From Torpedo marmorata (taxonomy: Eukaryota): a stretch of DNA of 64,000 nucleotides. Numbering within the stretch: position 1 is the stretch's first letter; each line of letters begins with the position of its first letter. Positions 13,395 through 25,700 of this stretch are shown piece after piece. Below the pieces are notes generated by a model. The model searched no databases, was not told the origin of the DNA, and saw only the letters and a program-made list of their open reading frames with translations. Where the stretch lies: NCBI GenBank assembly GCA_977017645.1, contig OZ360223.1:150598001-150662000 (forward strand). Direction: 5' to 3'. The position numbers were made by a program, and so were the translations under genes.

Positions 13395-13592
13395 GGTAAA
13401 GGTAAAGGTTCCATTACTGTCACCTAATACTACATTTAGAATGTAACATACATGAGGGGCGCTACTTTGTCCAGCGCCCCTCACAGAAACCTACAGCACA
13501 TGATGTTCCTTGGCGGTCTCCCCTCCAAGTACTGACCAGTCCTGTGCCTGCTTAGCTTCTGAGATCACACAATCCCAGTCGTATTCAGTCTA
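13395..13592 (-). mobile_element. 5S rRNA-derived SINE (SINE3 type)
   Basis: Minus strand 13592-13490 follows 5S rRNA: gatctcagaagctaagcagg (box A) ..cagtacttggaggggagaccgcc (box C) ..gtgctgtagg. It is followed by a non-5S body and a (ccttta)n tail. Confidence 0.9.
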
Positions 13593-13697
13593 AAGGTAAA
13601 GGTAAAGGTTCCATTATTGTCACGTAATACTACATTTAGAATGTAACATACATGAAATTCTTTAATTTTTGTCTACCGTAAGGCAGACAGAGGGTCT
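13591..13697 (-). mobile_element. Second, 5'-truncated copy of the same SINE tail
   Basis: ggtaaaggtaaaggttccatta.tgtcac.taatactacatttagaatgtaacatacatga is repeated from 13395. Confidence 0.85.
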
Positions 13698-13741
13698 ATT
13701 GGTGCTGTTTGGGACTACGAACCTATGATATTTTATACATA

Positions 13742-14485
13742 CAGGTGTGCACCGCTTAAAGTCTGACCAGGCAACGTCCGACCGCATATACGTCTGTCGT
13801 CTGATAGGATTATAATGGAGTTCAGTCAGAAATCCCGATCGGAGAACGCGAGAACGGGACGTAGTGGACGTAACCGGAACTGAAGAAGAGGCAAGGGAAA
13901 AGGAAACTGCAGAAGGAGAAGAAGAACAGGTGCAGAAGAGGTTCACTGTTAAGGGGTTAGCCATATTCTTTGCAGACCTTAACAGCTTGCTGAAGAGTTG
14001 GACCCAAACACTGAACGCTTTTCACTGATAGAGAGGAATGCTCATGCAGTGTTTGCTGCATATAAAGAAATTTATGAAGAAAAGAAAAAGCAAACTAGGC
14101 AAACAACACTGGACATATTCCTGAAGAAGCCAACATCTCCCCAAGAAGAGCTTCAGCCAGGTCCTTCAGGCATTACAGAGTGACAGTTCATCAATGGAGG
14201 TTATTCGACCTGAAACTCTTCCAATGGAACACTATGAGGAAGTTGAGAACAGTGATGTGGATGATCATGATCCTCTTTGTTAAATTGTGTGTGATATAGG
14301 CTAATAAAGTGTTTACATAAAAGTTTAAAAAGTGACCAAAAATTAAACAGTTTAATTTATTGTAAGTTCAGTATCCCATATAGTTTTGCTAAGTATATAC
14401 AGTAATATGGTGTTCGCACAACGTCCCCATTGCATAACGCCCAGTTTCACAGAACGTATTGTGGACGTTAAGCGGCGCATACCTG
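13742..14485 (+). mobile_element. Tigger/pogo DNA transposon deletion derivative with transposase C-terminal remnant
   Basis: TIRs caggtgtgcaccgcttaaagtc / gacgttaagcggcgcatacctg, with TA on both sides. ORF 13998-14183 (DPNTERF..YKEIYEEKKKQTRQTTLDIF) resembles the Tigger/TIGD1 C-terminus. Confidence 0.9.
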
Positions 14486-15584
14486 TATTTACAAATATCC
14501 AGCTTGTTTGGATCAAATATGATGTAAAATCATAGCAGATTTATATGTTGTGCTAGTTTGTTTGCATTTCTTGTTTACAAATAGTGAGAGATTGAGACTG
14601 ACTTTTTAGGAAAGGATTGATCAACAGAAATATACAATTATATATAGTTTGAAATTAGTAAGGAAAAATTAGATCTTATTGGAAAAATACATGCAATGCA
14701 AAATTAAAATCACTTATTTTCCTAAAAATCAACTACAATTTCCTTTAAAATCCAAGAAATTCTTTGATCCTTGCAGCATAGAATTCATTAATTCTCACAA
14801 CAGCGAAAGAGAGCCCCAATCTTCCATATTTTCCAAATAAGGACTTCAAAGCCAAGAAATAGGAACAGTTCCTTATGCCTCTCTGTCAATGAATCAGATC
14901 ATGGTTGATCTTGTCCCCAGCACCACTTTGCAGCACTAACTCTGTATCACCTGAATTCACCTCAATTTCCAAAAATGTATCTGTCCTTGTCTCAAATGCA
15001 CTCAGTGACATGCTCGGGCAATTTCTTGTCCTGCATGTACTCTTCCTCCAATCACCTTTGATCTCATCTCCTCCCCTCCACAGCCATCCTTGCCTGAAAT
15101 CTGATATCAAACTGGAATTGACAGAAGTGAATCTGGGAGCAGTTTGTATTTATCATGATATCCACAGGGTCCTTGAACTGCTGAAGTCAGCTGTCACAGC
15201 AATGGCAAGTGACCTGTGCCAAATTGATGCAACTGTCTAAACCAGTCTGTCTGGAGGGCAAGTGTGTGAAATGGAGCATCTCTTCCTGGATCACGCGGTG
15301 TGGCATGGCTCAGATATTCTGCTCTGAATTTGATGCTCTGAGATTTATACCCTGGGAGGAAAAAAACATCATTTTTATTTCTATCCCTGATTGCATCTAT
15401 GTTCCTTTAGGGATCAACATGATCTCTTATGCTTTTTAATTATTAAGAGTTTAGGTTATTTCTGCAGTTAATCCTTGATCACAGCCACAGCTGCAGAAAA
15501 TACAACCAGATTAGCATGAGCTTTGTTTTTGCCTCTTTCGGACCGACTCATTAAAATGATTAGCGTCCTTTTCTTAAATTCACC

Positions 15585-15665
15585 AGATCACAAGATAAAG
15601 GAACAGAAGTAGGCCATTCGGCCCATCGAGTCTGTTCCGCAACTCCACCCTGAGCTAAACTGTTT
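15585..15665 (-). mobile_element. CR1 LINE 3' end remnant
   Basis: agaagtaggccattcggcccatcgagtctgttccg is a typical reverse-strand shark CR1 3' end. Older similar remnants lie near 21290-21660 and 52375-52570. Confidence 0.6.
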
Positions 15666-16820
15666 GGTCTCTTCCATTTTCCTTCTCTGTGCTGGAATGA
15701 TTTCAGCATGCCCCTCTCTGGGAACTGCCAGCACCATCGGTGCACGAAGAAGTTTATAGAGCAATGTACTGTTGCAAAGAACAGGTGGTTCTGCCAATGG
15801 TATTCCTTCTCCACATCCTGGTCTGGAAAAGAATAAGGACTCACAAAGAATTCAAACAACATCCAGGCCAGCACTTGGAGAATGGAACTTTCTGGTTAGG
15901 AGTCAAATCTCTCCTTTAGAACTCTTGGCTCTGGCCTAATGTTAAGTGTTGACACTTTGAAAATAAAAAAAAAAACATTTACATTTTTTTAAATGATTCA
16001 TTCAGTGCCATGTTCCTCTGGGAGCAATTTGATTGATGTATTTCCATGAGAATATCCCATGTAAAAGGAATGTGAAGCTGCATTAACAAGACACATTCCA
16101 CCCACACACAAGAAAGCCAGGATTGTACATCTTAATGTGGTTGTGCTATTTTAGGATTATGCAGTCCCAGAGTCAGGAGGGTTGCTTGAGTTAATATGTT
16201 CCATGCTGCAGAGTAATTATTTTTAAACCTTCTACCCAGATTCAAACATCTTTGCAAATGCTCTGATTGAGGTGGGAACGTTTTGCTACTGCAAGAAAAA
16301 AATGCAATGTTCCCAGGCAGCTACTTACCCTAACACTCCAGAAAAAAAAACCACCCGTGTGATAAACATCTGTGGCAGTGCAAATTGAGCACAATTCACT
16401 CCAACTGGCGGTTAACTCAGGCTTTTTCTCTTCTCCCTTTTCTGACTATGAAACTAAAAGCTGTTCTCTGGTCAACATTGACTGAAATCAATGTGCAAGG
16501 AGATCCAATTGCTTTATGATTCCTGCACAATTAAAATCTCAGCGGATTCATGTGATTTGACACTATTTCTTGTTTGTCATGGGTCTAATTTAGGGCTAGG
16601 TTTTTTTTCTCTGGGAGCATGTCTTTAAAATCTCTTCCTGAAGAGATATTTTGAGAATGGTGTGTTGGGTGACTTTACCCGAAAGTGTTAAATTGTTATT
16701 CTCTATGTACTTTGATATCCAATCTCTCATCGATTTTCCACCTTCACTGCCGACCCCCACCACCAGCAGCCAACCTATTGATTTAATCATTCAATCCCAT
16801 TTAATTTAATCCCTAAATTC

Positions 16821-17050
16821 CATTTAATTTTAGAGATACAGCACGGTAACAGGCACTTCCAGCCCACGAGCCTAAGTGACCAATTAACCTACTAACCCCG
16901 TATGTTTTTGGAACGTGAGAGGAAACTGGAGCGCCCAGAGGAAACACACGAGGACATGGGGAGAACGTACAAACTCCTTACAGACAGCAGCGATTTGAAC
17001 CTGGGTCACTGGCGCTGTAATAGTGTTGCACTGACCACTACGCTAACTGT
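16821..17050 (-). mobile_element. tRNA-derived V-SINE (HE1-like)
   Basis: Reverse V-domain gaggaaactggagcgcccagaggaaac..ggggagaacgtacaaactcc, a B-box-like atttgaacc and an AT-rich tail. Homologous to 38319, 44275 and 62308. Confidence 0.85.
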
Positions 17051-18149
17051 TTAATTCCCTAACTTTCTCTCCCAGAGTCAATGGTCCCTGCAGCTGTATG
17101 GATTCCATGCATTCTATACTTTGTAGGTCTGTTTATCCAGTGAATATGAGCAATTGAACCTTGGGAGGCATCATGTCCCAGCTTATTCCTCCCTTTGCCA
17201 AATTTCCAGCAGGACGCAGAGGCCAATTGTGGGTGTCCTGCTGCTAACCCAGCTGAGTTTGGCTGATTCCATTCAGAAATTCCATGACCAATTCCCAATG
17301 TGATCTATTGGCAAGGGGAGTATTTTTGCTTCAAGTCCAGTGCAGAGATTTTACATAATGTGCTCCTTCATCATGTGTTAATTACAGTGAAAGGCAGAGT
17401 AGTAATCTGACTCCATAAGGGTGAAACATTAAATGGAAGTATGCAGCCTGCAATATTTCCTTTCAAAGAGCTGAAAGGTCTATCTGGAACTGCACCCACC
17501 AATGTTGCAGCCTTTTAATGCACACCCCAAAAGATTTTACTCACAGCGCTGTGATTCTTTAATTTACACACTATTTGAATGTGGTCACTTCAAATAAACA
17601 AACTGTCCATGAAGTGTAAAATTTGATTTCATTCCCTTCACAACTAGTTATTTTCTCCCCAAATCAGTTAGGTGACTATTTCTTTCATCAGATGCCACAT
17701 TTGCCCAGTCACGTCTCAAAGGTTACACAGCTATCTCCTGCAGAACATTTCATATTACTTCAGACCTCATGAATCCTATCAGGTTTCTGCAAGATGATAA
17801 CACACAAAACCCTTCGGAAGCCTAAAGTGATCGTTTTGGAATGTTTAACATTAGGAATAGAAAGCACTTGATATTTGCAGTCAGCTCACCCTCTTAAATA
17901 TTCATGAGTTCAGATTTGCAGTGAGGTCACTTGTGTCTAGTCGTTGAGATCCATCTGCTAGTTATCAGCAACTACGTTCAGTTAACCAAACGGTGTACAA
18001 AATCTATCAACAGGAAGAGAAACTCCATTAAAGGAAGCTGAACAAGCTGGTGTTATGTCCTCATCCCTGTGGTCAATGATCCCGCTGTGTAGCCATTAAA
18101 TAATTTAGTGTGATAACAAGAGGCTTTGCTAATCTATCATGCTCTAAAG

Positions 18150-18508
18150 CAGTGGTTTTCAAACTTTTTCTTTCCAATCACATACCACCTTAAGTAATCC
18201 CTATGTGATTAGTAAAGGATTAATTAAGGTGGTATGTGAGTGGAAAGAAAAAGTTTGAAAACCACTGTTTTAATCATACCTAATTGACTCGTTATGTGCA
18301 CGGTTTCATAACTCCAAAGGAAATGGACCAATGACAATTTTTCTCAAGCAAAATATTTCAGTAACAATTGGGTCTAGAGCAGTGGTTCTCAACCTTTTTT
18401 TCCCCACTTACATACCACCTTAAGTATTTCCTAACTAATCACAGAGCACCTATGGCATAGGGATTACTTATGGTATGTGAGTGGAAAGTAAAAGTTTGAA
18501 AACCACTG
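18150..18508. mobile_element. Composite hAT (Charlie-like) MITE
   Basis: Two palindromic units (18150-18267 and 18380-18508) with cagtggtt(t/c)tcaa TIRs. An 8-bp TSD ctctaaag/ctctaaaa flanks the whole. Confidence 0.88.
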
Positions 18509-19994
18509 CTCTAAAAGGAGCTCAGCGTCTTCAAATGGGCTTCAGAAATGCTTAAATTATGCTAGTTATAGAAAGCTCTTTATATACTGCCTGTGAATCA
18601 TAAAGAACTGTTTTAAGATGAGCTGTTTTCCTTGTGGAGAGTTAATGAGCTTCAAGAAAAACCCAAATGAGAAAAGGCTTTTGACATTCACCTGGAGCAA
18701 TGTTGTTTGGCTGTAATCTATACTGAAAGAAAGCCTGACCTTACCTTGGGTTTCATTTCCTACATTCCTGTTGTTTGCAAGGAAAGTGCATAAGTAAAAA
18801 TTGTTTCCACATCAGGTTCAATAGTGACTTTCAAAAGGGAGTTTTCTTCGAGGAAGTAAAAATTCAGAGCAAGAGTGGAAAATTAGGTAGGTCATTTCTC
18901 ATTAGTATGAGGAAGATGGTTTGAATGGACTTCCGTGTTGCAAGATTCTGTTACTCAGTGCCCTAGTTTCTTGGAAACTATTAGCACAGAAACTGAGCAC
19001 AGAAAGTATTGAATGCAAACTGGGACACTATTAACGGTGGAACTTTTGATATTTTTTGTAGGTATTTTGCATTCAGAGGCAGCACAATAATTACAAAATG
19101 GCAAAAACAAAATGGCGAAAAGTATTCCATTGTAAATACTCATACATTAGAGAGTTAAAAAAGATTAGACTAAGAGTTAACAGACTGAACAGGAACATAT
19201 GTTAACCAGCCTTACGATGGCTTGTTCAACTCTGAGCAAATATGGACAAAATGTTCATCAATATTTTTTAAGTCGTAGAAATCACCAAATTGATTCTCAG
19301 GAAATGGCATTAAAACACTTTAATGGAATAAACAGAGGCACACTGACCAATTTAGCAAAAGAAGGTGACTTCAAAGTATAAAGAATTAGTTTCTGACGGG
19401 AGTAATTTCTCAAGTGGATTAGCCGCCCATCATTAATTGCACCCAAGGCTTTCTCGCTTTGCAGCAGTCTGCTTTCTTTGATCTGTGAGATTAGACTAAT
19501 TGCAACTGTAAGATGTTGCATGGTACACTCAATGCCTGAACATGGAGATCTGTATTGAAATTAAACCTGTCAAGCTGCATGATCAAACTGGAACAAATTC
19601 AAACTGAAGAGGAATGCAGGAATTGGAACTACAAAATGAACATCATTGAAATGTTAAATGATACAACCATCTGACTTTGTGTAAGTCACAATATTTTCTT
19701 TGAAATATAATGCTTAATTTATAACTGATGAAAAGCAGGTTATCAGACAGTGCAAATCTAAAATCATGATGTGGTACTTCATTCTGGTGATGAGACCTCT
19801 TCCAAAATTGATTTTCATGTTTTTCAGATTGTTTCAACTGACAAGACTGTCAAAACACATAACTATTTGACACAGTAATATTTTTTAAATATGTGAGAAT
19901 CAGTGATAAAGATATCCCACCAATAAAGCTGTAATCATACACATTTTTTTGGGGTTAACTAAAGCAATTTAAATATTCCTTGTTGCTTTTGTCG

Positions 19995-20400
19995 TATGGA
20001 GGTGCCAATGCACAGGACTGGAAAAGACTACAGAGAGTTGTGAACGCAGCCAGCACCATCATGGGCATCAGTCTTTACTCCAACAAGGACATCTACAAGA
20101 GATGGTGTCTTAAGAACGCAGCCCCTATCCTCAAGGACCCTCACCACCCAGACCATGCCCTCTTCACACTGCTACCATCAGGAACGAGGTACAGGAGCCT
20201 GAAGGTGAACATCCAAGCGGCACAAGGACAGCTTCCCCTCTGCCATCAGATTTCTGAATGGACAATGAACTACCTCACTTTCTCTTCTTTTGCACTATTT
20301 TTTTTTAATGTAATTGATAGTAATATCTGCACCTATAATGCTGCCACAAAATAACATATTTCATGACATGTTCATGACAATAAATTGTGATTCTGATTCT
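19995..20400 (+). mobile_element. Rex1/Babar LINE 3' fragment
   Basis: Encodes YGGANAQDWKRLQRVV..ILKDPHHPDHALFTLLPSG and ends catgacaataaattgtgattctgattct. Confidence 0.9.
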
Positions 20401-21864
20401 CCTGATATTTCTTTCCTAATCTTTACAAAGAGAACTCATATATCACAACTTAGATCACAAAGTACTTTAATCCTTTACTTTGAAGCAAGAAAGTTGCAAA
20501 TTGAATATTTACCAATAGGAGGAGGAATAGGAGTGGGAGGAAGAGGAAGAATCAAGGTCTGTTATCTTCTTCACTGTAAAACATGAACTCTGTTACCATC
20601 ACCTATTGCACTGAGTGCACATTTGACTTGTAATCTGTGTGACATCAATGCAATACAAGGTGAGGACAGGCTTCAAATCATGTCAGGGGAGATGATAATT
20701 AAATTTGCCAGCAGTGATTTTCAAATGATTGGTGTCACTATTCTGACTGCAGTCGCTGGTTTATGATTAGAATTACAAATTTATCTATGTACAAGTACTT
20801 AAAATGTCAACTGCAACAAAGTGGCAAAATGTGAGAGCTTTCTCTTTTGATATACAATGTTATGATGTATTGGATATTTACAATGCAGAGTTTCTCCTTG
20901 TTCTCCCCACCCATAACAGTGTGCCTAAATACATGCCTCTGAAAATTACTGCATGGCACTACAGGAATGAATTGCTGTTCCATGCCCCATGCTGACTGCT
21001 CTTATGGGTATGGTAAAAGCACACAATTCCTGCCAACTGTGCCAAGTCTCAAGGTTGTGCCCACTATTGGGATGGGATGCTGGTTTAAAGCTGCTCAAAT
21101 CTCTCAGCCAGGAATGAGGTCACTACTATCCCAGCTCCCAGCATAGATTGTCTTACATAAAACAGTAAATCCCACACCCCTGTTGCAATGCCATTGGGTA
21201 GGAATACCCAGAGAAATAACTTTGCTTTGTCTACATACAGACAATTCAATAATATATTACATGGCATTGATTTCACTGCTTCACATCATGAGAAGGAACA
21301 TAGGATCCTGGCAGGTTATTTGCACTGGTGTCTGTTCCACTCTTTAATAAGACCGTGATCAATTAGTTACAATCCAGGTGCTCACTCTATTTTCATATCC
21401 CTGATTGAACATCTAAAAGCTCAAAGATAAAGTTAGCAAATGGCCTGGCATCAATTGCCATCCACAAGAGGTTTCTGAACTTCCTTCACCCTCTGTGTGG
21501 CGTGATTCCTCCCTTCACTCTTGAAAGATGGTTTCCAAACATTTCCCAGAATCCTAAATATCCTCGCTGTCGGAATGGTTTTTCTCTCTACCCGATAAGT
21601 TCCCCCGCATATCTATAAAAAATCCCCAATCAAATCCTCTGTTGCCATCTAAATTGTAGCCAATGGTTTGTGCAATTGTACAGTTTAACTTTTGGGAGTG
21701 TGGGTATCAATCTGTTAAATCTCAAGCAATGCAGAAAAGCATAAAGTATCCTTCCTCAGGTTTGATGCTTAGAACTGCTCTCAGTAGTCCAGTTACTGTA
21801 CATCTGTTGCACATTAAAGGCAATTCTCTAATTTCATCAAAACAGCTCAAATCCTTATTTCCTT

Positions 21865-22182
21865 CCATAGGAAGTAACTTCAGACCATCAAGTCCATGCC
21901 AACACACTGAGCAATACTGTTGCCCACTAATTTTCCCTGCATTCCCATTAACTCTCCCTGGATTCTACCACATAGCTTCACATTAAGGACAATTTACGGT
22001 GGCCAATTAACATACCAAGCTGCACATCTTTGCCTGTTTGGGATCAATGGAGGGTGGTGGGAGAACCTATGTGGTCACAGGGAGAATATGGAAACTCTAC
22101 ACAGAAACTGACCCATTGATAGATATTGAACCTGGGCTGTTGGGGCCGTGTGGAAGTACTTCTCCTGCCTGTCTCGCCATTT
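21865..22182 (-). mobile_element. Old V-SINE
   Basis: Degenerate V-domain (ggtcacagggagaatatggaaactctacacaga) and attgaacctggg. Confidence 0.65.
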
Positions 22183-23385
22183 TGCCCAGGGATTCGATCT
22201 TTAGTTAAGCAGCAAAGAAAATCAAAAGTGAACCAAACTGACTTGGTCAATGTAATTTTGTCCTCATTGCTTTAGGTGCATGTCGATTCCAACCTTATGA
22301 ATAAAGTCAATGGAAATGGGTCCCAAATATGTGTCCGAAGGAAGGTCAGCAAAGGCAGCTTTTGGATAAACTATCGGAAAGCTCGTTGTCACCTCAAAGA
22401 GGCACAATGCAGCAATTAATAGATTAGCAAAAGAGAAAGATATGTTGAAAAATTGAGAATAAAGATAGAAGGATCCTTCTGTCGACAAACACAAGCATCG
22501 ATGGGTTACCTGGCCTATTTCTCTGCTGTGAGCTCCACGTAGTATTCAAACAAGAAGAATAAATTGTCAAATGATAAATTCACTTCTTCAAAAACAAGAA
22601 ACATTCAGTGCACTCTTGATGGCCAAATGAGAATTAACAACACCTTAAATTAGTTCTAAGGTACATTTTTAAATTTTCCATGCTACAATCTAAATCCTAC
22701 TCTGAAGCCATCAGAAACTGAGCTCTGGTCATCGAATAATCATCAGAGACCACAGTATTTATCCCTCTTCCTCAGTCTACAAGAAAAATACCCCAAACCC
22801 ATAAGCAAAACCAGTTGATGAATTTCTACCGTACTGTTCCTAAGAGGAGCCATCTGGACTGATTCAATCAAGAGTTGAGATTGCCAGTCTTCAATTCCTG
22901 ATTGGTAAAATTGGCCAGTTCTGCCCAGGAACATTGGGTAGTAGCTAATCAGAGCTACTCCTTAATCTATGCAGCCAGGGGTATGTTTAGTATCTGATGA
23001 GATTTGTCTGCCTCTTCCACCACATGACTGAATCTATAATATTCATAGCCGCAACGCAGGAATTAAATTTTATTGCCTTTCTCATCGTGTTTAGAAAGTC
23101 ATCATTTGTGTGCAAATTGTTCCCACAGATGGGTTCTGTTCTTCCTCTTTCATTTTACAGAATTTGTGGCATTTCCCAAGAAGGGTTAGCATGGTATCGG
23201 TACAGGCTGGCATATTTCTACCCCACCCAAGATTTCAAAGGCTTGTGCATATTATTTTTTGCTCTTCTTCCTTCAGGTGGAAAAGCCTCTTTCGGCCTGA
23301 CTGCACCAAATGAGAGTATTTCTAGTCCAATGCTCTGATAAAACTATGGCATGAATGCACAGAAGAAGCAGATTAAAATGACCTA

Positions 23386-24369
23386 CCGTATTTGATGGCA
23401 TATAAAACCCCCCTTTTTTTCCCCAAAAAATCACCTCAAAAACCACCCCGGGTCTTACACGCGAAGGTGACATTTTGGTTCCGCCATTTTGGTGCCACCA
23501 TTTTGGGCACCGAGTGGAGGCTTCCATCCGCAAGATGGCGACAGGAGGAAAGCGCTCAAACTACTCACCCAGCTTCAAGAATCCCGCAGAGGTGCTGCGG
23601 CTGTCCAGGAAGCGGGCCCGCAGCTTCGTGGCCCATGCTTTCCGGAGTCACCACCGCTGCCGCCCCCGGTAACAAGGCTCACTCTCTCCCTCCTTCCCGC
23701 CCGCCCGCTCCCTCCCGCTCGCTCCCTCCTGCTCGCTCTCTCCCTCCCGCCCGCTCACCCTCTCCTTGCCGCTCGCCCTCTCCCTCCCGCCCGCTCACTG
23801 TCTCCCTCCCGCCCGCTCGCTCTCACCCACAGTGCTTTGAGGGGAGCGCTGGGCTTCGATGATCAGGCTTTGTTCGATGAGCACAGACCCCCGAGCAAAT
23901 TGAATGAGGCGCGGGGGCGGGTGGCAGTGAGCGAGCGGCCTGTCAAGCTCAGCTGTACAGGCCGCTCCCCTCACTGCCACCCGCCCCCGCGCCTCATTCA
24001 ATCTGTTCGGGGGGCCGTGCGTGTCGAACAAAGGCTCAGCGTGGAGTCTGATCACCGAGGCCCAGCGCTCCCCTCAAAGCAAGCGATTGATCATCTGCTC
24101 CCCGCGACGGTGGGCCTGGGCCCTGCCCGTTGTCCTGGCTTCTCTCCATCCCACCCTCGCGCGCCCACAGGTCCCGTCACGCCTGTCAATCAATTAGCGT
24201 TTGGATGGTGGGGGGGAAGCAGCCTGAGCCTCGGCGTGTGGCGGGCAAGAGGACGTGTTGCTGCTGTGAAGGTAAATACACTAAAACAAAATTTTCCTGA
24301 AATCTCACGCTAAAAATGGTGGGGGGGGGGTCCTATATGCCAGTCGGTCCTATATGCCGTCAAATACAG
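23386..24369 (+). mobile_element. Non-autonomous Tc1/mariner (pogo/Tc2-like) element, GC-rich
   Basis: TIRs ccgtatttgatggcatata / tatatgccgtcaaatacag with a TA duplication. Contains a pyrimidine-rich simple repeat (23680-23826) and a long inverted repeat (23834-24080). Confidence 0.85.
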
Positions 24370-24794
24370 TATTTAATACTTGCTAGATGGCAGAAGCTTT
24401 GATTCTATGACATGTTTCGTATGTGCAGAAGTCCCAAATATAATTTTAACTATAACCTAATAGTTAAATTGCTAATTTCAATTTCATATTAGGTACACTG
24501 ACCTCACATGGTGTGACAAGGATGCATAAAGCTTTTGCTTTATGCATCATTGATTTTTGGATCATTTTGTTTGTTGTGTAGGACAATGTATTTGTGAGTC
24601 ACTCTTGCACTGTGAAAGCAATGGATGATTTGTAATGGAGTTGTCACCATTTTCTCATGGGATCCAATTTTGCATGAATTGTTAGGTCTGCTGACAGTCT
24701 GATAAGCTGTAGCCTTTCTGGTTGTGTTGTTACATAACGCAGCCCGAAATAGCCTCGCTGGTTTACATTGCTATTAATTCCCACATGGGGTCAT

Positions 24795-25130
24795 AAAACA
24801 TGGACATAGACCATTCAGCTCACTGACTCCATTCCAACCATTTAGCACCCATTCACACTAATCCTACACCCATCTATTTTATATTTCCCATATTTCCATC
24901 ATCTCTGCTGAGATTACACCACTCCCCAACACTCTGGAGACAATTTATAGCAACCTATCCACCTACCAACCTGCACATCTTTGGATTGTGGGAAGAAATC
25001 GGAGCTGCCAGAGGAACCCCATATGGCAACAGAGAAAATGTACAAAATCCACATATGATACCCAAAGACAGGATTGAATGTGGGTTACTGGAGCTGTGAC
25101 AGCAGTTCTACTGGATGCCATTGTACCACC
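24795..25130 (-). mobile_element. Old V-SINE
   Basis: ctgcacatctttggattgtgggaagaaatcggagctgccagaggaaccc is a reverse V-domain. Confidence 0.7.
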
Positions 25131-25454
25131 CATGAATCCTTCCCCAATTTCAACTCCATTCCTTTCTGTCTTGAATGTTTATCTGAGTTCTGCTTCAATC
25201 TTGCTATATTCCTTCAATATTAGATCGTTCCACATTCCAAGGGCCATAGGTGGGTAAATACCTCCTAAATTCCTCATTGAATTTCATTTACTTATGGGTT
25301 CCATGTTACCTTTTGTTTTTGATACAAAGCACTAATTCTGGCGTGTTACTTACTGTGACCCTGAGAATGGGTGGCTCGAGGAGTCACACATCAAGGCCGA
25401 ATGCACTTTCTTGCATTACCATCTGAAAAGATGTCAACAGGCATTGATGAAAGC

Positions 25455-25700
25455 CAAATACAACTACCTTTGAAGTATAATCACTGTCATAATGTAGGAA
25501 ATGTGGCAGCCCTCTTGCATATACCACAGATCCCACAAAGAACAACATGATAACAAGTCAGTCTCTTTAGTGATGCTGACTTAAGAGTAAAGGTTAACAA
25601 GGACACTGAGGAGAACTGTGCTTGTCTTTTTCAAGAGTGCCAGGGATTTTTACAACCACCTGAAAGAGAAGAAGGGATTCTTCCAAAAGAATAAGATTTG
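25455..25700 (-). mobile_element. Old DeuSINE (SacSINE1-like)
   Basis: ggacactgaggagaac..gtgccagggatttttacaaccacctgaaag resembles the reverse Deu domain. Confidence 0.6.

Noticed and set aside
13490-13592. Functional 5S rRNA gene
   Set aside because: The 5' end is missing, there are many substitutions, and it is fused to a retroposon tail. It is a SINE head.
23489-24313. 274-aa proline-rich ORF
   Set aside because: It lies wholly inside a GC-rich MITE and stays open because of simple repeats and a hairpin. It has no domain features.
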